Below are positions 34,501 through 43,812 of a DNA stretch of 64,000 bases, piece after piece. How positions within the stretch are numbered: the stretch's first letter is position 1; each line of letters begins with the position of its first letter. The position numbers and the translations under genes are program-made. The notes under the pieces are model-generated. The model was not told the origin of the DNA, ran no database searches, and worked only from the letters and a program-made list of their open reading frames with translations. The stretch lies in the NCBI GenBank assembly GCA_964270895.1, contig OZ185441.1, one strand, 5' to 3'. Origin of the DNA: Podarcis filfolensis (Eukaryota).

Positions 34501-36267
34501 TGAAACTGCCACTGAGTCCCTCTGCCTCCAGCACGCCAAGGGACAAAACAAGCTGCAGCTGAGTGAAACTGCAGTACAGCTTGTTTCTCCCTCCACTTCT
34601 TTAAGCTGCCTGGCTGAGGAGCGTGCGGCTGTCCTTGCCTCAGCCAAGCAGTATTATGGAGCCCCTGAGCCAGCAGCAGGGTGGGGGCTCTGTTAAAGTG
34701 CTCCCACTCACCAGCTGAGGGAGCCCTGATCCTTCTCCTGCTTGTATGCTGGGGAGCAGGAGGCTTCACACTGCCCAGATGAAGTCTAACATTGCCTCTG
34801 GCTTGCGCAAGCTGGAGATGGGGGGTGGGTCCTCTGTTAGACTTCTCCCAGCAGAGTCAGGCCATCTCTTTTCCTTGGAGAAAGAGGCAGCCTCTCCTTG
34901 CGCTTGTGTGCCTTTGCCTGGGAGGGTGGGCTGCATCTTTCCTCCCGGGGTGAACAAGGAAAGTGGCACTGCACCCACACAGGCAAAGGCAGCTACCGCC
35001 ACCCGGTCCACCTTCAGGGAGTGGGGGGCAAGCAGGCTGCCTCTTTCTCGCCCACTGCCTGCGCTGGCAAAGGTAGAGAAAGCACTGCAAATGGAGCCTG
35101 TCCAGTTCAGTCGGCAGTGCCACTTTCATCTTTGGACAGTGAGGGGAGGGCGAGCGGCCTCTTTCCTGGGAGAAAGAAGCAGCTCGCCCGCCTCAACGCA
35201 GCAAAGACAACTCCCTCAGGTGTAATGGAGCCCCCACCTCGCCTCTGGCTTGTGTGAACTGGTGGCACCTTTAAACTTCTCCATTCAGGGGCACGCAGCT
35301 GCCTGTCCCTCAATGGAGACAGTGGGGCTTGCTCAGCTGGAGGGTGGGAGCTTTTTTGCCTCCCAGCTGAGCAGCAGGCACCTTGGCCCTGGCCTGCGAG
35401 GCACTGGGGTAAAAGCACCTCAGCTCCTGCAGTGAGAGCTGAGGCAGTTTCACCCCATGCCTTGCCAGCTGGGGCCAAAACAACTTGTTTCAACATCACG
35501 GTGTATCGCCAAACTGCAATGTTTGGATGGTGATACATCGTGATGTTGAAATCCTAATATTGACCAGCCCTACTCCTAATCATTCACCTTGCTAAGCCTT
35601 CATTTGATGAAACCATGTTGATACAGGCAGGCTACCACAATCCTAGATTTTAATGACTTTGTAAACATCTGGCATAAGTCTTCTATCCTTACGTTTACAG
35701 AAACTACATTCAAGCATCTGTCATAGTACTTGCATATTCTTCCCCTGTTACTTGTGCCTCTGTCTTTCCATCTCTTTCCTAAGTCTTTCTTTATGTTGTA
35801 TACTTCCCTCAGGACAGGGACATTTATTTTTGGTGAGGTAGGAAAGAAAAGTAATTTGGATGAATTAATCTATTAAAATGAAAGCGGATTATAAATTGGC
35901 TGTATTTTTATGTTTTACTTTCTTCTCAGTATCCACATTTCATAATTCTGTGATTACATTTTAAATCTTTTCACATTTTAAAATATTATTACCTTTCCCC
36001 CCCTTGTTTTGCAGCATCATGGGATTATATGCTTCGGTCGTCCTGGTAATAGGAAAATTTGTCCGTGAGTTCTTCAGTGGGATTTCCCACTCCATAATGT
36101 TTGAAGAGCTTCCCAATGTAGATCGCATCCTCAAATTGTGCACCGACATCTTCTTAGTGCGGGAGACTGGTGAACTGGAATTGGAAGAAGATTTATATGC
36201 CAAATTAATATTCCTGTACCGCTCCCCAGAGACTATGATCAAATGGACTAGAGAAAAAACAAATTGA
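1058..36267 (+). CDS. PIEZO2: PIEZO2 mechanosensitive channel, 3' 29 coding exons (5' part lies upstream of the window)
   Basis: Manually spliced exons give one open frame (4654 nt) with GT-AG junctions. It contains the PFxxExxxxxxW motif ([14 protein letters not shown]) and the C-terminus [15 protein letters not shown]...[10 protein letters not shown], typical of PIEZO2. Confidence 0.98.
1769..2026 (-). mobile_element. Sauria SINE, 5'-truncated
   Basis: The ggtaaagg tail end and catgactaagcc...acggaaacgccgtttaccttccc...cctatttatctacttgcac are shared with the full copy at 44721. Confidence 0.9.
2222..2318 (+). CDS. PIEZO2: PIEZO2 exon (97 nt): [32 protein letters not shown]
   Basis: ttgcag|ATA, C|gtaagt; in frame with neighbours. 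Confidence 0.95.
3049..3162 (-). mobile_element. Sauria SINE 3' fragment with 12-bp target-site duplication
   Basis: GTTTAAAATGTA at 3037-3048 and 3163-3174 flanks aaaggtaaaggtacccc...cttccgggtcac. Confidence 0.88.
3422..3495. mobile_element. Short palindromic non-autonomous DNA-transposon relic (similar copies near 7330-7410, 19605-19690, 42215-42285)
   Basis: Arms tcagagtag..cactgaaattaatgaa / ttcattaacttcagtgggtctactctga; the family assignment is inference. Confidence 0.55.
3787..3949 (+). CDS. PIEZO2: PIEZO2 exon (163 nt): [38 protein letters not shown]...QILAS
   Basis: tatcag|CT, AG|gtaaac; missed by the ORF track. Confidence 0.95.
4068..4304. mobile_element. Tc1/mariner (Tigger-like) MITE with central 19-bp perfect inverted repeat
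   Basis: Ends ...tggaactc / gagttccaaggtacggctgTA; palindrome 4184-4223; CpG-rich relative to the flanks. Confidence 0.75.
4803..4892 (+). CDS. PIEZO2: PIEZO2 exon (90 nt): [29 protein letters not shown] (beam region)
   Basis: ttttacag|A, CA|gtacgc. Confidence 0.95.
4912..4968 (-). mobile_element. CR1-type 3' tail fragment (truncated SINE or LINE)
   Basis: tagaatcttagagttggaaaggaccc...tcatctagtccaaccccctgcaatgc, the same tail as at 43281 and 58633. Confidence 0.8.
6591..6712 (+). CDS. PIEZO2: PIEZO2 exon (122 nt): [21 protein letters not shown]...EEDDD
   Basis: tttttcag|A, G|gtacta. Confidence 0.93.
7496..7529. repeat. (AC)17 microsatellite
   Basis: Direct reading. Confidence 0.97.
7945..8016 (+). 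CDS. PIEZO2: PIEZO2 72-nt symmetric (phase 1-1) exon [23 protein letters not shown], lateral-plug exon
   Basis: ttttag|GA, A|gtaggt; WWRPWVDHA motif. Confidence 0.93.
9671..9718. repeat. Compound (TAC)6(TAA)10 microsatellite
   Basis: Direct reading. Confidence 0.97.
10927..11030 (+). CDS. PIEZO2: PIEZO2 exon (104 nt): [17 protein letters not shown]...KRSAFQ
   Basis: gcttag|TG, CAG|gtactg. Confidence 0.95.
12839..12937 (+). CDS. PIEZO2: PIEZO2 99-nt symmetric (phase 0-0) cassette exon [33 protein letters not shown]
   Basis: ctttatag|AGA, AAG|gtattt; 33 codons with no stop; resembles the optional mammalian PIEZO2 exon (recall). Confidence 0.88.
15110..15221 (+). CDS. PIEZO2: PIEZO2 exon (112 nt): [23 protein letters not shown]...GSGE
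   Basis: ccctccag|TTT, G|gtacgt. Confidence 0.95.
15291..15410 (+). mobile_element. Second degenerate copy of the same tRNA-headed SINE (5' part)
   Basis: cagctcagtg...ccttgcatggggaaggtcccagg...catctgcag resembles the element at 279-470. Confidence 0.5.
17377..17442 (+). CDS. PIEZO2: PIEZO2 66-nt phase 1-1 exon [21 protein letters not shown] (alternative acceptor at 17386)
   Basis: ttgtcag|TT, G|gtaagc; similar to mammalian PVEWEDREDEPIKKKSDGP. Confidence 0.85.
17938..18104 (+). CDS. PIEZO2: PIEZO2 exon (167 nt): [17 protein letters not shown]...LTREIKK
   Basis: Long pyrimidine tract cccccag|AT, AAG|gtaata. Confidence 0.95.
18183..18792 (-). mobile_element. Probable solo LTR (Gypsy-like), 610 bp
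   Basis: TGTCAGGA...TCCTTGACA termini; flanks ATACT/ATATT (5 bp, 1 mismatch); minus-strand AATAAA near 18250; composition differs from the host intron. Confidence 0.7.
19102..19256 (+). CDS. PIEZO2: PIEZO2 exon (155 nt): [27 protein letters not shown]...
   Basis: tttttag|GGG, AG|gtattt. Confidence 0.93.
20877..21047 (+). CDS. PIEZO2: PIEZO2 171-nt symmetric (phase 2-2) cassette exon [56 protein letters not shown]
   Basis: tgctag|C, AG|gtgctt; in frame; matches an optional segment of long PIEZO2 isoforms (recall). Confidence 0.88.
21654..22073 (+). CDS. PIEZO2: PIEZO2 exon (420 nt): [21 protein letters not shown]...[12 protein letters not shown]
   Basis: gacag|T, AA|gtaaga; acidic disordered loop. 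Confidence 0.95.
22686..22721 (+). ncRNA. Minimal type I hammerhead ribozyme motif (possibly decayed)
   Basis: CUGAAGA core at 22689-22695, palindromic stem II GUGUGCAUGCACAC, GAAA-GC-UU, stem I only UAU/AUA. Confidence 0.6.
22686..22810 (+). mobile_element. Penelope-like element terminal fragment
   Basis: ctgaagaagtgtgcatgcacacgaaagct...ttggtctctaaggtgctactgg...cagaccaacatggctac, typical of reptile Penelope pseudo-LTR ends (recall). Confidence 0.75.
23345..23603 (+). CDS. PIEZO2: PIEZO2 exon (259 nt): [14 protein letters not shown]...[10 protein letters not shown]
   Basis: cacag|A, GAG|gtgtgt. Confidence 0.96.
23717..23899 (+). CDS. PIEZO2: PIEZO2 exon (183 nt): [17 protein letters not shown]...FFHRSILK
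   Basis: gcacag|GTA, AAG|gtattt; the preceding intron is 113 nt. Confidence 0.96.
24570..24819 (+). CDS. PIEZO2: PIEZO2 exon (250 nt): [10 protein letters not shown]...SSHRSKR
   Basis: tttttag|TGT, G|gtatgc. Confidence 0.95.
24962..24981. repeat. (GGCAA)4 pentanucleotide repeat in a purine-rich intron segment
   Basis: Direct reading. Confidence 0.9.
25619..25751 (+). CDS. PIEZO2: PIEZO2 exon (133 nt): [20 protein letters not shown]...AKAFTIK
   Basis: ttctcag|GA, AA|gtgagc. Confidence 0.95.
25999..26310. mobile_element. Degenerate hAT-type MITE
   Basis: TTCTAGAG|CAGGAGAGGGGAACC...gagggccac start; the right terminal repeat is weak. Confidence 0.4.
26523..26670 (+). CDS. PIEZO2: PIEZO2 exon (148 nt): [20 protein letters not shown]...FGFWAFG
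   Basis: atttcag|G, GGG|gtatgt. Confidence 0.96.
26775..26989 (+). CDS. PIEZO2: PIEZO2 exon (215 nt): [18 protein letters not shown]...LPGVTE
   Basis: ttgcag|AAA, AG|gtacgt. Confidence 0.96.
27130..27288 (+). CDS. PIEZO2: PIEZO2 exon (159 nt): [16 protein letters not shown]...NLFLFQ
   Basis: ttgcag|G, GG|gtgagt. Confidence 0.96.
27697..27844 (+). CDS. PIEZO2: PIEZO2 exon (148 nt): [22 protein letters not shown]...WRESEK (anchor, PFEW motif)
   Basis: gtctag|A, AAA|gtaaga. Confidence 0.97.
28030..28152 (+). mobile_element. CR1 LINE fragment (ORF2 3' region plus tail remnant)
   Basis: gaaaaattcagaaaagggtaatcaaaaatgattacgggactggagcaactcccttatgaa ([20 protein letters not shown]) and gggttggactagatg. 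Confidence 0.65.
28171..28601 (-). mobile_element. 5'-truncated L1-like insertion with 14-bp TSD
   Basis: GATCCAATAGGGAT at 28157-28170 and 28602-28615; minus strand reads [17 protein letters not shown]..., then AATAAA and an A-rich end. Confidence 0.7.
30101..30289 (+). CDS. PIEZO2: PIEZO2 exon (189 nt): [20 protein letters not shown]...TLGGYQ (outer helix, start of cap)
   Basis: ttacag|CGA, CAG|gtacaa. Confidence 0.97.
30371..30656. mobile_element. Degenerate hAT-type MITE
   Basis: CAGGAGTTGCCAGCC ... AGGTTGGCTGCCTCG termini; the 8-bp flanks match at only 5/8. Confidence 0.4.
30737..30829 (+). CDS. PIEZO2: PIEZO2 exon (93 nt): [31 protein letters not shown] (cap)
   Basis: ctccag|CCT, ACA|gtaagt. 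Confidence 0.94.
31404..31576 (+). CDS. PIEZO2: PIEZO2 exon (173 nt): [33 protein letters not shown]...SWSIQ (cap)
   Basis: tttttag|GCT, AG|gtatgg. Confidence 0.95.
31951..32310 (+). mobile_element. L2-clade LINE 3' end with (TTA)n tail
   Basis: cagggaaccaggcagagggccttc...ggctggggaaacccagccagat...tataaataataaattattatta; the same family as 41066-41803. Confidence 0.85.
32804..32923 (+). CDS. PIEZO2: PIEZO2 exon (120 nt): [39 protein letters not shown] (cap)
   Basis: ttcttaaag|A (AAG acceptor), GT|gtaagt. Confidence 0.9.
33442..33616. mobile_element. hAT MITE (175 bp)
   Basis: TIR CAAAGCTTTCCAAACT / AGTTTGGAGAGCTCTG (14/16); 8-bp TSD CATTAAAA/CATTAGAA. Confidence 0.75.
33763..33842 (+). CDS. 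PIEZO2: PIEZO2 exon (80 nt): [26 protein letters not shown] (cap)
   Basis: ttttgcag|A, G|gtatgg. Confidence 0.94.
34036..34204 (+). CDS. PIEZO2: PIEZO2 exon (169 nt): [22 protein letters not shown]...[11 protein letters not shown]
   Basis: tttgtag|AT, GG|gtaagc. Confidence 0.95.
34230..35572. mobile_element. GC-rich insertion in the last PIEZO2 intron, probably a non-autonomous DNA transposon
   Basis: Abrupt GC-rich block; the right end ...tgatacatcgtgatg...atattgaccagcccTA resembles TAGGGCTGG-type hAT termini; the left end is not resolved. Confidence 0.5.
36015..36267 (+). CDS. PIEZO2: PIEZO2 last coding exon: [20 protein letters not shown]...WTREKTN* (inner helix and CTD)
   Basis: ttttgcag|C; TGA at 36265-36267. 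Confidence 0.98.
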
Positions 36268-39200
36268 TCTTTTCGGGATTTGCATTGTAATTCAAGATGA
36301 CTTCAACTGGTTGTCGTTTTTTTAAAAAACAAAACAAAGCACAACATTCTCTTAAGAGGGAAGCCTTTTATAATTAGGTAGCAATGAATTTTCTGTTTGT
36401 GGAGTCCATTTGGCTCCCTAGAAATATATGCTGCCTTTCAAATCAAAGATGAAGAAAGCTAGCCTTTGTTTTCAAATACAACTCCTCTAACATCAGAGAA
36501 ATCTGCTTTTCATTTTAGTGAACAAAATATTCTGCATCCATGTCTGACTTGGGCTTCAGCTCTCATTCTCAAGGGAAAAAGAAGGATATCACAGCTGAAT
36601 TAATCAGATCCTCACTTATTCTGGAGTGGTGTGCAATATGCTGTTTTGCATCACTTTCAAGGGGCAGCAGTGATCTGAGGAGTTGTTCTAGAAAATCCAA
36701 GACAATGGATTACAGAGGGTGCTGAAGGCAACTTTGTTATGTGCATTTCTAGAAAACCAGATCTGCAGATGTACTTCTGGAAGGAAAAAAACTTCACTGA
36801 CATTATCTTTAACTGCCTTATTTTATTTGAACAATTAACAGGAGGCATTGAAAACATCAGTGACTTTACTCAGGAAAATAAAAACTGTCAAAAGTTTAAC
36901 TAGCGAATAATGATTATGGTGAAGCGTTGTAATATTTTGCTGGGCCAATTGCTCCCAAGTAGCCAGGTATTTTTTTAAATAAGCCAGTTGAACTTTATGA
37001 TGCCTTTGGCTTGTTCAAATATAGTATGTTTGGCAAAACAAATTATCGTTTGTTTTAATATCTGAACTCAAGCCTCTCCAAAAACAATGGTTGGCTGGGA
37101 GCTGACGAACTCGCACCTGAAGCCACAGTTTAGAGCTGGTTTACAAACCACAGTGCGCGCCGACTGTGGTTTGCTGTTATGTCTGAATTCACAGACCATT
37201 GACAAACCACAGTTAGGGCCATTGCTCTGCTTTAAGAGGCTGCTGCACCATGGAAATTAGATTGAATTTAAGAAGCTTGAGTCTTGGCCAGCTGGGAAAG
37301 GACAAGAAGCTTTAAACTGTTGTATTACTGTTGTACATTGGAAAGGTCAAAACCATGGTGTGATTTTTTTTAAACGGTGAATACCATTAATCATGGTTTT
37401 GCATTTCATTTGAACCCAGCCTTTGATTTCTTGGAAACATTTAAAGACAAAATAGGGGAAAGCATGTTGTAGGAAGCAAAAGAAAAAGATCACCCTATAC
37501 GGACATTTAAATGTAAACCATCTGACTTCTACCTAGTATTTCCTTCCAGTGTTTCAGGTATACAGAAATGTTAACATATGCAAATTCTCGTTTTTATGTC
37601 CAGGATGTGTTTTTAAAGTTCCTAATTATGATAAAATATATATATAATGAGCTTGAAAAAAAAGGGGCTTTTCTTAAATTATTGCTATTGGTGAACACCG
37701 GCTATTTAGCAGAGGACAGTGTAGCATGAACATTTAAGTGTTGCAATGTAATTTGCATTACATGGTTTAGAAAATGCAATTTCTCAGCAACAGAAAAATC
37801 ACTGAATGGATAAGGTATGTTAAGGGGTTTTACTGTGCAGTTTTCACTCCATACTGACAAATAAAGCACATGCTGCAAAGTCATTTCAGAAGTATTTTTT
37901 CATATGCTTGTTTACATTGAATGATTTTTTTTTATAAACTGAAAGTGTCTACGTAGTGAGATTGTCAGTAATCATTGAACTATCATAACTATTTATTGTA
38001 TTTGATAATGTTACAAGTCACTAGAAGGTAGATGGGAACTGAACAGGAAACTGTAAAATTACTTGCACATTTTAGTCTAGGTTTTATGTTAGGTAGAAGA
38101 AAATTGTGACATGACATGCCCACACAGTTGATCTGTTTCCATCAAAACATTGCTGGTATATTTCAATACTGTGAAAATTAGCATATTGACACTAGGAAGT
38201 GCACACCAAAATAAACCACTTTGGGATATTGCACCAATAAAACGCATGGTGACTCGACACATATTCAAATCTTATTATAATTTCCTAACAAAGCATAGTT
38301 AGTCTAGCTCTCCTTGTAAAAAAACCATTGACGGAAGCGACATAAACAACGTCCTTTAAAGACTTAAATGAAGTGTTTACAAATACCGTATGTCCAGACC
38401 CTAAACTTACACAAGATGAAAACTTGCATACATTAGACTTCACTTAGAAATCAGATGTTTCAGGGCCCTTTGTTCCCATTTTTTACACATTTTCCTCCCT
38501 TTACCTATGTAGCTAAATGCGCCTACTTCTTAAGGAGAACTCTTCATGTATCTGACAACGGCTACAGTCCACAAAAGCTTGTGCCAGAAAGCTAACAAAA
38601 ATATCATTTTCCTCTGCGACTGTTTTACTGCAAGAGATTTAACATGGCTCCCCTATGGAATTTGAATCAAATTTGTAAGACAGATCCAATAGAGAAGCTG
38701 ACTGGTATAGAATGGCCCTGCTAGATTTAGACAAAAGTCAGGCACCCCGTTTCCCCATTGCAGCCTACCTCACGTTTCCATGAATCTCGCAAGTAGGCCA
38801 TGGAGGGAAGAGTTTGTCCCTGTTGTTTTCCCATCAGCAGCTAGTATCCAGGAACACCTTGCTTCAGAATTGGGCAGTTGCGTTTAGCTATCAAGAATTT
38901 GTCTAAATACTCCATTTTAAAGTTATCCAGAATCAGTGGCCATCACCTCATATTGGGGCTGCAAATTCTATGAGCTAATTATGTGTTATGTATGGCTATC
39001 CTATTTCCATTCAATTTCATTGAACGGCTTCATGTTCTAGTACTAGGAAAGAGACGAAAACTTCTCTGTCCACTTTCTGCACACTATGCATGATTTTATA
39101 AGCCTCTCAAAACTTTCCCACTTTAGACATCTTTTTTTCTAAAGTATAATGTCCCAGAAGGTGCTGCAGTTCCTGCTGACTTTGTAATTGTTAATATGTC

Positions 39201-40630
39201 TCTGCCTTCTTGACCTCTGCTAGTTATTTATTACTCCTCCATTCTCAAGCCATACTTGTCACTTTGGGCCAGTAATCATCATTTTAAAGGAAATGCTTCC
39301 CACTGAAATTGTAACAATACGTGAGGATTTGTGCAGTCCTCAAATGCTATCTGCTAGGAAATAAAAGTCCTTTGTACATGTCCTGTGTCCTCAAGGTGCT
39401 GTGTACTTCAGTACAGGACTGGACATAGGAAACAGCAGATTATTTGAATCTTCCAAAACTCTACTGCCTTTTTCTGATCAAAGCTATATAGGGCTCTAAG
39501 TAGCATGGTTGAGCTCTACACAACCACCAAAGCAGATTAAAGTCTTAAATCACATTTAAATCCTTACTGAATGAAAACTGTGTGTCTGATTATCTCTCCT
39601 GTACATGCATGTTATTTATAAAGCATAACTTTTTCAAAGAAATAATTATATGTATCTTCTCGTTTTTTTAGAACAACGTTGTGATACATTACACCTAGGG
39701 ATCGGCCTTGATTTGTACCAGGACCATGTCCTGGAACATGTGAAGTAATAAAGTACCTCCAACTTTGTGCAGAGTGCTTTTCTCTTGCCACTGAGTAACC
39801 AACTGCAGTCTTTCCCATCACATTAGGATTAAAACTTTAATGACCAGGCAAATGGCATGGCATCCAAGTATGCCTGAGCCCTGGTGACTATTTCTTGAAG
39901 ATAAGCACTATCCAATAATGGAAGTGTTTTTTCTGTTAGAGCAAGAACTTCTAGAAAGATGGCTCCAAGAATGGCTTAAGCTCATTTCCATGGTAAGGTT
40001 AAACACCATGAATGTCTGTGGGGATCATTGCAAGTCAGTCAGCAAAAGTGATGAAGTGTGCTTTCTATCTGATACTACGAACCTTGGGGTGGAAGTATAG
40101 CTATCTATCTAATGTACCTCTAGGCCCCAGCCTCTCATTTAAACAAAAATCATGTACAATGGAATCCCTACTTACACAGGGTGAGCACAAGTGGGGATTC
40201 CCCTGTTCCACCCCCTTTTGGTGATGAAAAAGGTCCACACAAATGGCACACATGCAAGTGAGGTGGTGCCTATACTTGAGCTGTGTAGGCACACTCAATA
40301 AGGCTAATTGGAAAAGAGAATGTTGCACAGAATAGATTTTTAAGAAAGCAGGAATGCCATGGTGTCTCAGCTCTGGTGGTTATTGATCCATCCCACTTTC
40401 AACATCTTTCCTTGCAGCTAAAACTGTAAATACATGTAAAAAGCTATGAATGCACTATGTCAAGCTATGGTTTAGTGTTTGATTTTGTTGCCTGAAATGC
40501 AGTGTGAAAAAAACAGTGGCAATGTGACTAGCAAAAAAAATGTTAAAATACTAATACTCTTTGTATAATGTAATTATAATATGAAAAGGCCTTTTTCTTG
40601 ATTAAAGTTTCTTTTAACAATAATACTTCT
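36268..40630 (+). promoter_or_regulatory. PIEZO2: Putative PIEZO2 3' UTR with several poly(A) signals
   Basis: AATAAA at 36877, 37860, 38210, 38236, 39360 and ATTAAA at 40601; AU-rich. The true 3' end cannot be determined from sequence alone. Confidence 0.5.
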
Positions 40631-41065
40631 CTGTTGCCATTTTTCAATCACTGATGTCATCAGCGCAGCAACCAAAATTTATGAGCACCAAAATTAGTTT
40701 TTTCCATGATCTCACCACTATGTCCAGAGCGAAAGGGACAGTGTCATTATGCTGGGCTTGAGTTCGAACATAGGTGTGTTAAGTGAGGTCCTTCCCTCCT
40801 CAGAAGCTCAGAAAAGGGATAGGAACTTATACCCAATGCACTAAGGGCACTTATAGATGGCTGATAGTTTTGGGTGGGATTCAATCAGATATTTAGCAGA
40901 TTTGGGACATGCAATTAAAGTTGATTTAGAGGTCTTGTGCAACAAATGCGCTTCCCCAAAAGATTGTACTTTTTATCTATTTCATTAAATTTATATATTG
41001 CTTAACTGTAGTAAAAAAAACCAACAACCTCCTAGTGGTTTATTTTTTGTGGTAAGTGAAGTATG

Positions 41066-41803
41066 TCATCATCATCATCATAATTTATTATTTATACCTC
41101 ACCCATCTGGCTGGGTTTCCCCAACCACTCTGGGCGGCTTTCACTGAATATTAAAAACAGTACTGCATCAGACATTAAAAACTTCCCTAAACAGTTGTCT
41201 TTTTAAAGTAAAATAGTTGTTTATTGCCTTGACATCTGCTGGGAGGGCGTTCCACAGGGTGGGCGCCACTACCGAGAAGGCCCTATGCCTGGTTCCCTGT
41301 AACCTCACTTCTCACAGCAAGGAAACCGTCAGAAGGCCCTCGGCGCTGGACCTCAGTGTCAGGGGTGGAGACGCTCCTTCAGGTATACAGGACCGAAGCC
41401 GTTTAGGTCTTTAAAGGTCAGCACCAACACTTTAAATTGTGCTCGGAAACGTACTGGGAGCCAATGAAGATCTTTCAGGACCGGTGTTATATGGTCTTGG
41501 CGGCTACTCCCAGGCACCAGTCTAGCTACCGCATTCTGGATTAATTGCAGTTTCCGAGTCACCTTCAAAGGTAGCCCCACGCAGAGTGCATTGCAGTAGT
41601 CCAAGCGGGAGCTAACTAAAGCATGCACCACTCTGGCAAGACAGACTGCAGGCAGGTAGGGTCTCAGCTTGTGTTCCAGATGGAGCTGGTAAACAGCTGC
41701 CCTGGCCAAAGAATTAACCTGTGTCTCCATGGACAGCTGAGAGTCCAAAATGACTCCCAGGCTGCACACTTGGTCTTTCAGGGGCACAGTTACCCCATTC
41801 AGG
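41066..41803 (-). mobile_element. L2-clade LINE, 5'-truncated, with the C-terminal part of ORF2
   Basis: ORF 41359-41787 (LGVILDSQLSM...SRLDYCNAL...LHWLPVRFRAQFKVL) is L2-type ORF2; tail matches 31951-32310. Confidence 0.9.
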
Positions 41804-43280
41804 ATAACGCTTCATTTGTTGCCTTCTTCCTTTTCAGCCAGGGAGTCCCTGTCTCTCCACCTTCATTCACCTTGTCCTTGCTCTCTCCAGAGATTTTCCA
41901 AGCTCACAGCAGTTTTGCAACTACAGAACATATAGGCAAGCGGAGGCAGGGATCAAGTGAGGGAATGGGTGACCAAGGAAGAAGTAGGAGGTGGCAAGGT
42001 GGAAGAGGAAGCTATTGCCCCACTACTGCTTTCCACATTGGCAGTGGCAGGGCGGCAGCTTGCTGCTCTCTAGGCAGCTTTGAATAGGTTTGGTGCTCTC
42101 ATACATAGTATATGAAAGCAGCATGCCTATTCACCTATTCTGCATTTTTTTAAAAAATCAGTGAACAAAGAATGACAATTCAAAAGTGGCTAGCAGATCA
42201 ATCAAAACCAAGGCTACTCAGAAGTAAGTTCCACTGAGTTCAATGGGGCTTACTCCAAGGTTAGTGGGTATATGGTTGCAGAATAGAAATGGTTAGGAAT
42301 GTGCTGTCGGTGACTTAAGTAGCTCGCGTGGAAGCACCTGCAGTCACTGCTGCTTGGTTATCAACAAATGCAGACCTTTCATTTTTTTTTTTAATTTATC
42401 CCACAATACATGTGGAAGCCTAAATTATACTTGCTGGAGTGGGGAAGATGTTCCAAAAAGATGCCCTAGTAGCAGTTTACTGTGCTGCATCTGTGGAAAT
42501 TTCAGGAAGTGAAAGCCAAACCTATCAGCAGAAAAAGTTAGACATACCTCGCTTAAACCAAACCTAGGGAGTTATCTGTTGGCCTAATGGACTGAAAAGA
42601 ATGATGACATTGCTGTGCACAATTGTGGGACACAAACAAGACCTGCTTCATTGGCTTTCAGACTATTAAGAATATGCTCTTTGGGGTAAAAGTGATCACG
42701 GTAAGATATTCAAGGCAGCAGGCAATCAATGCAGCAAAAGTCAGTCATTCACAGGTTATGGGTGTCTTAGAAGTGAATTGAATACCACATGCATTGTATG
42801 TTAATATGGCCAGTATGCCCACTGGTGATGGTTGCGAGAACTGTAGACTATGGGAGTACTATTCAGCACATTCCTCAGATCGGAGAAGCCCAGATTTCTT
42901 TTCATAAAGAAAAGTACATATTTCTGGAATGTTGGGCTTTTGATTTCCTTTTATCAGAAACTAAAATGTGAGGCATGTTGGCAGCAAAAGGGCTATGTCA
43001 ACGCCCCATCCCAGTCAGCCAAATGATTGTTGAATTTCTGGCTCCCTGAGGTATGAGTGCTGCTTTCTGCACTGTGCAGCGTTAGTGTATAGCTAAAGGG
43101 AGAGGGGAAAGTTATCTACCACCTCACTTGCAGAATTAGATAATGAAGGAATGCTTCTGAGAGGTCATCTGAAAACTACCCATAGAACTTTGCCTGGCTC
43201 CATCTTTATGGTCTTCTTGGTGCCAGATGAAGACCTTTTTATTCACCCTTTAAATAACTCATGTTGCAACTCCAGTAATA

Positions 43281-43416
43281 TAGAATTGTAGAGTTGGAAG
43301 GGACCCTGAGGATCATCTAGTCCAACCCCCTGGAATGCAGGAATGTGCAGCTGTCTCATGAGAATCAAACCTGCAACCTTGGCATTATCAGCACCATGCT
43401 CTAACCAACTGAGCTC
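43281..43416 (-). mobile_element. tRNA-Ile-headed SINE with CR1 3' tail
   Basis: Minus strand AGCTCAGTTGGTTAGAGCATGGTGCTGATAATGCCAAGGTTGCAGGTTTGATTC, then ATTCCTGCATTCCAGGGGGTTGGACTAGATG...CCTTCCAACTCTACAATTCTA. Confidence 0.85.
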
Positions 43417-43812
43417 TAGCTGGTGGCCACCACTTTTGGCAGGGGTAGGGGGGTTTGGCAAGCAAAGCAAGCAGAGATAGCAGCCCTAGTTTATCCATAA
43501 AAAGCTAGCCACTGATTACAGAATTGGCTCACATGAACTAGGATCCCCCATCAGTTGCCTAATTCACCCACAGGACTTTGCTGCAATGAAATATAAGAAA
43601 TGTTATTATTCTTCATTGCATTTCTTCATCAAGGTCTCTTGAGCCAACGCCTACACTCAAAGCACGCAAGTAACATAACTACACAGAAAACAGGGATGGG
43701 AATTGAAGCAATATGATCTGTGCTGTAGGAGCAGCACATCCTGCTATATCTTTTATGCCACTGGGAAAAACCTCTCTACTTGGGGACATTCACACCAGAT
43801 GTGATCAAATGA

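Noticed and set aside
34325-35538. Cluster of 60-159 aa ORFs on both strands
   Set aside because: Expected in GC-rich repeat sequence; no domain similarity or splice structure.
43350-43416. tRNA-Ile and tRNA-Lys genes (also 58710-58775)
   Set aside because: Acceptor stems are incomplete, CpG decay is extensive and both are fused to CR1 tails, so they are SINE heads rather than functional tRNAs.
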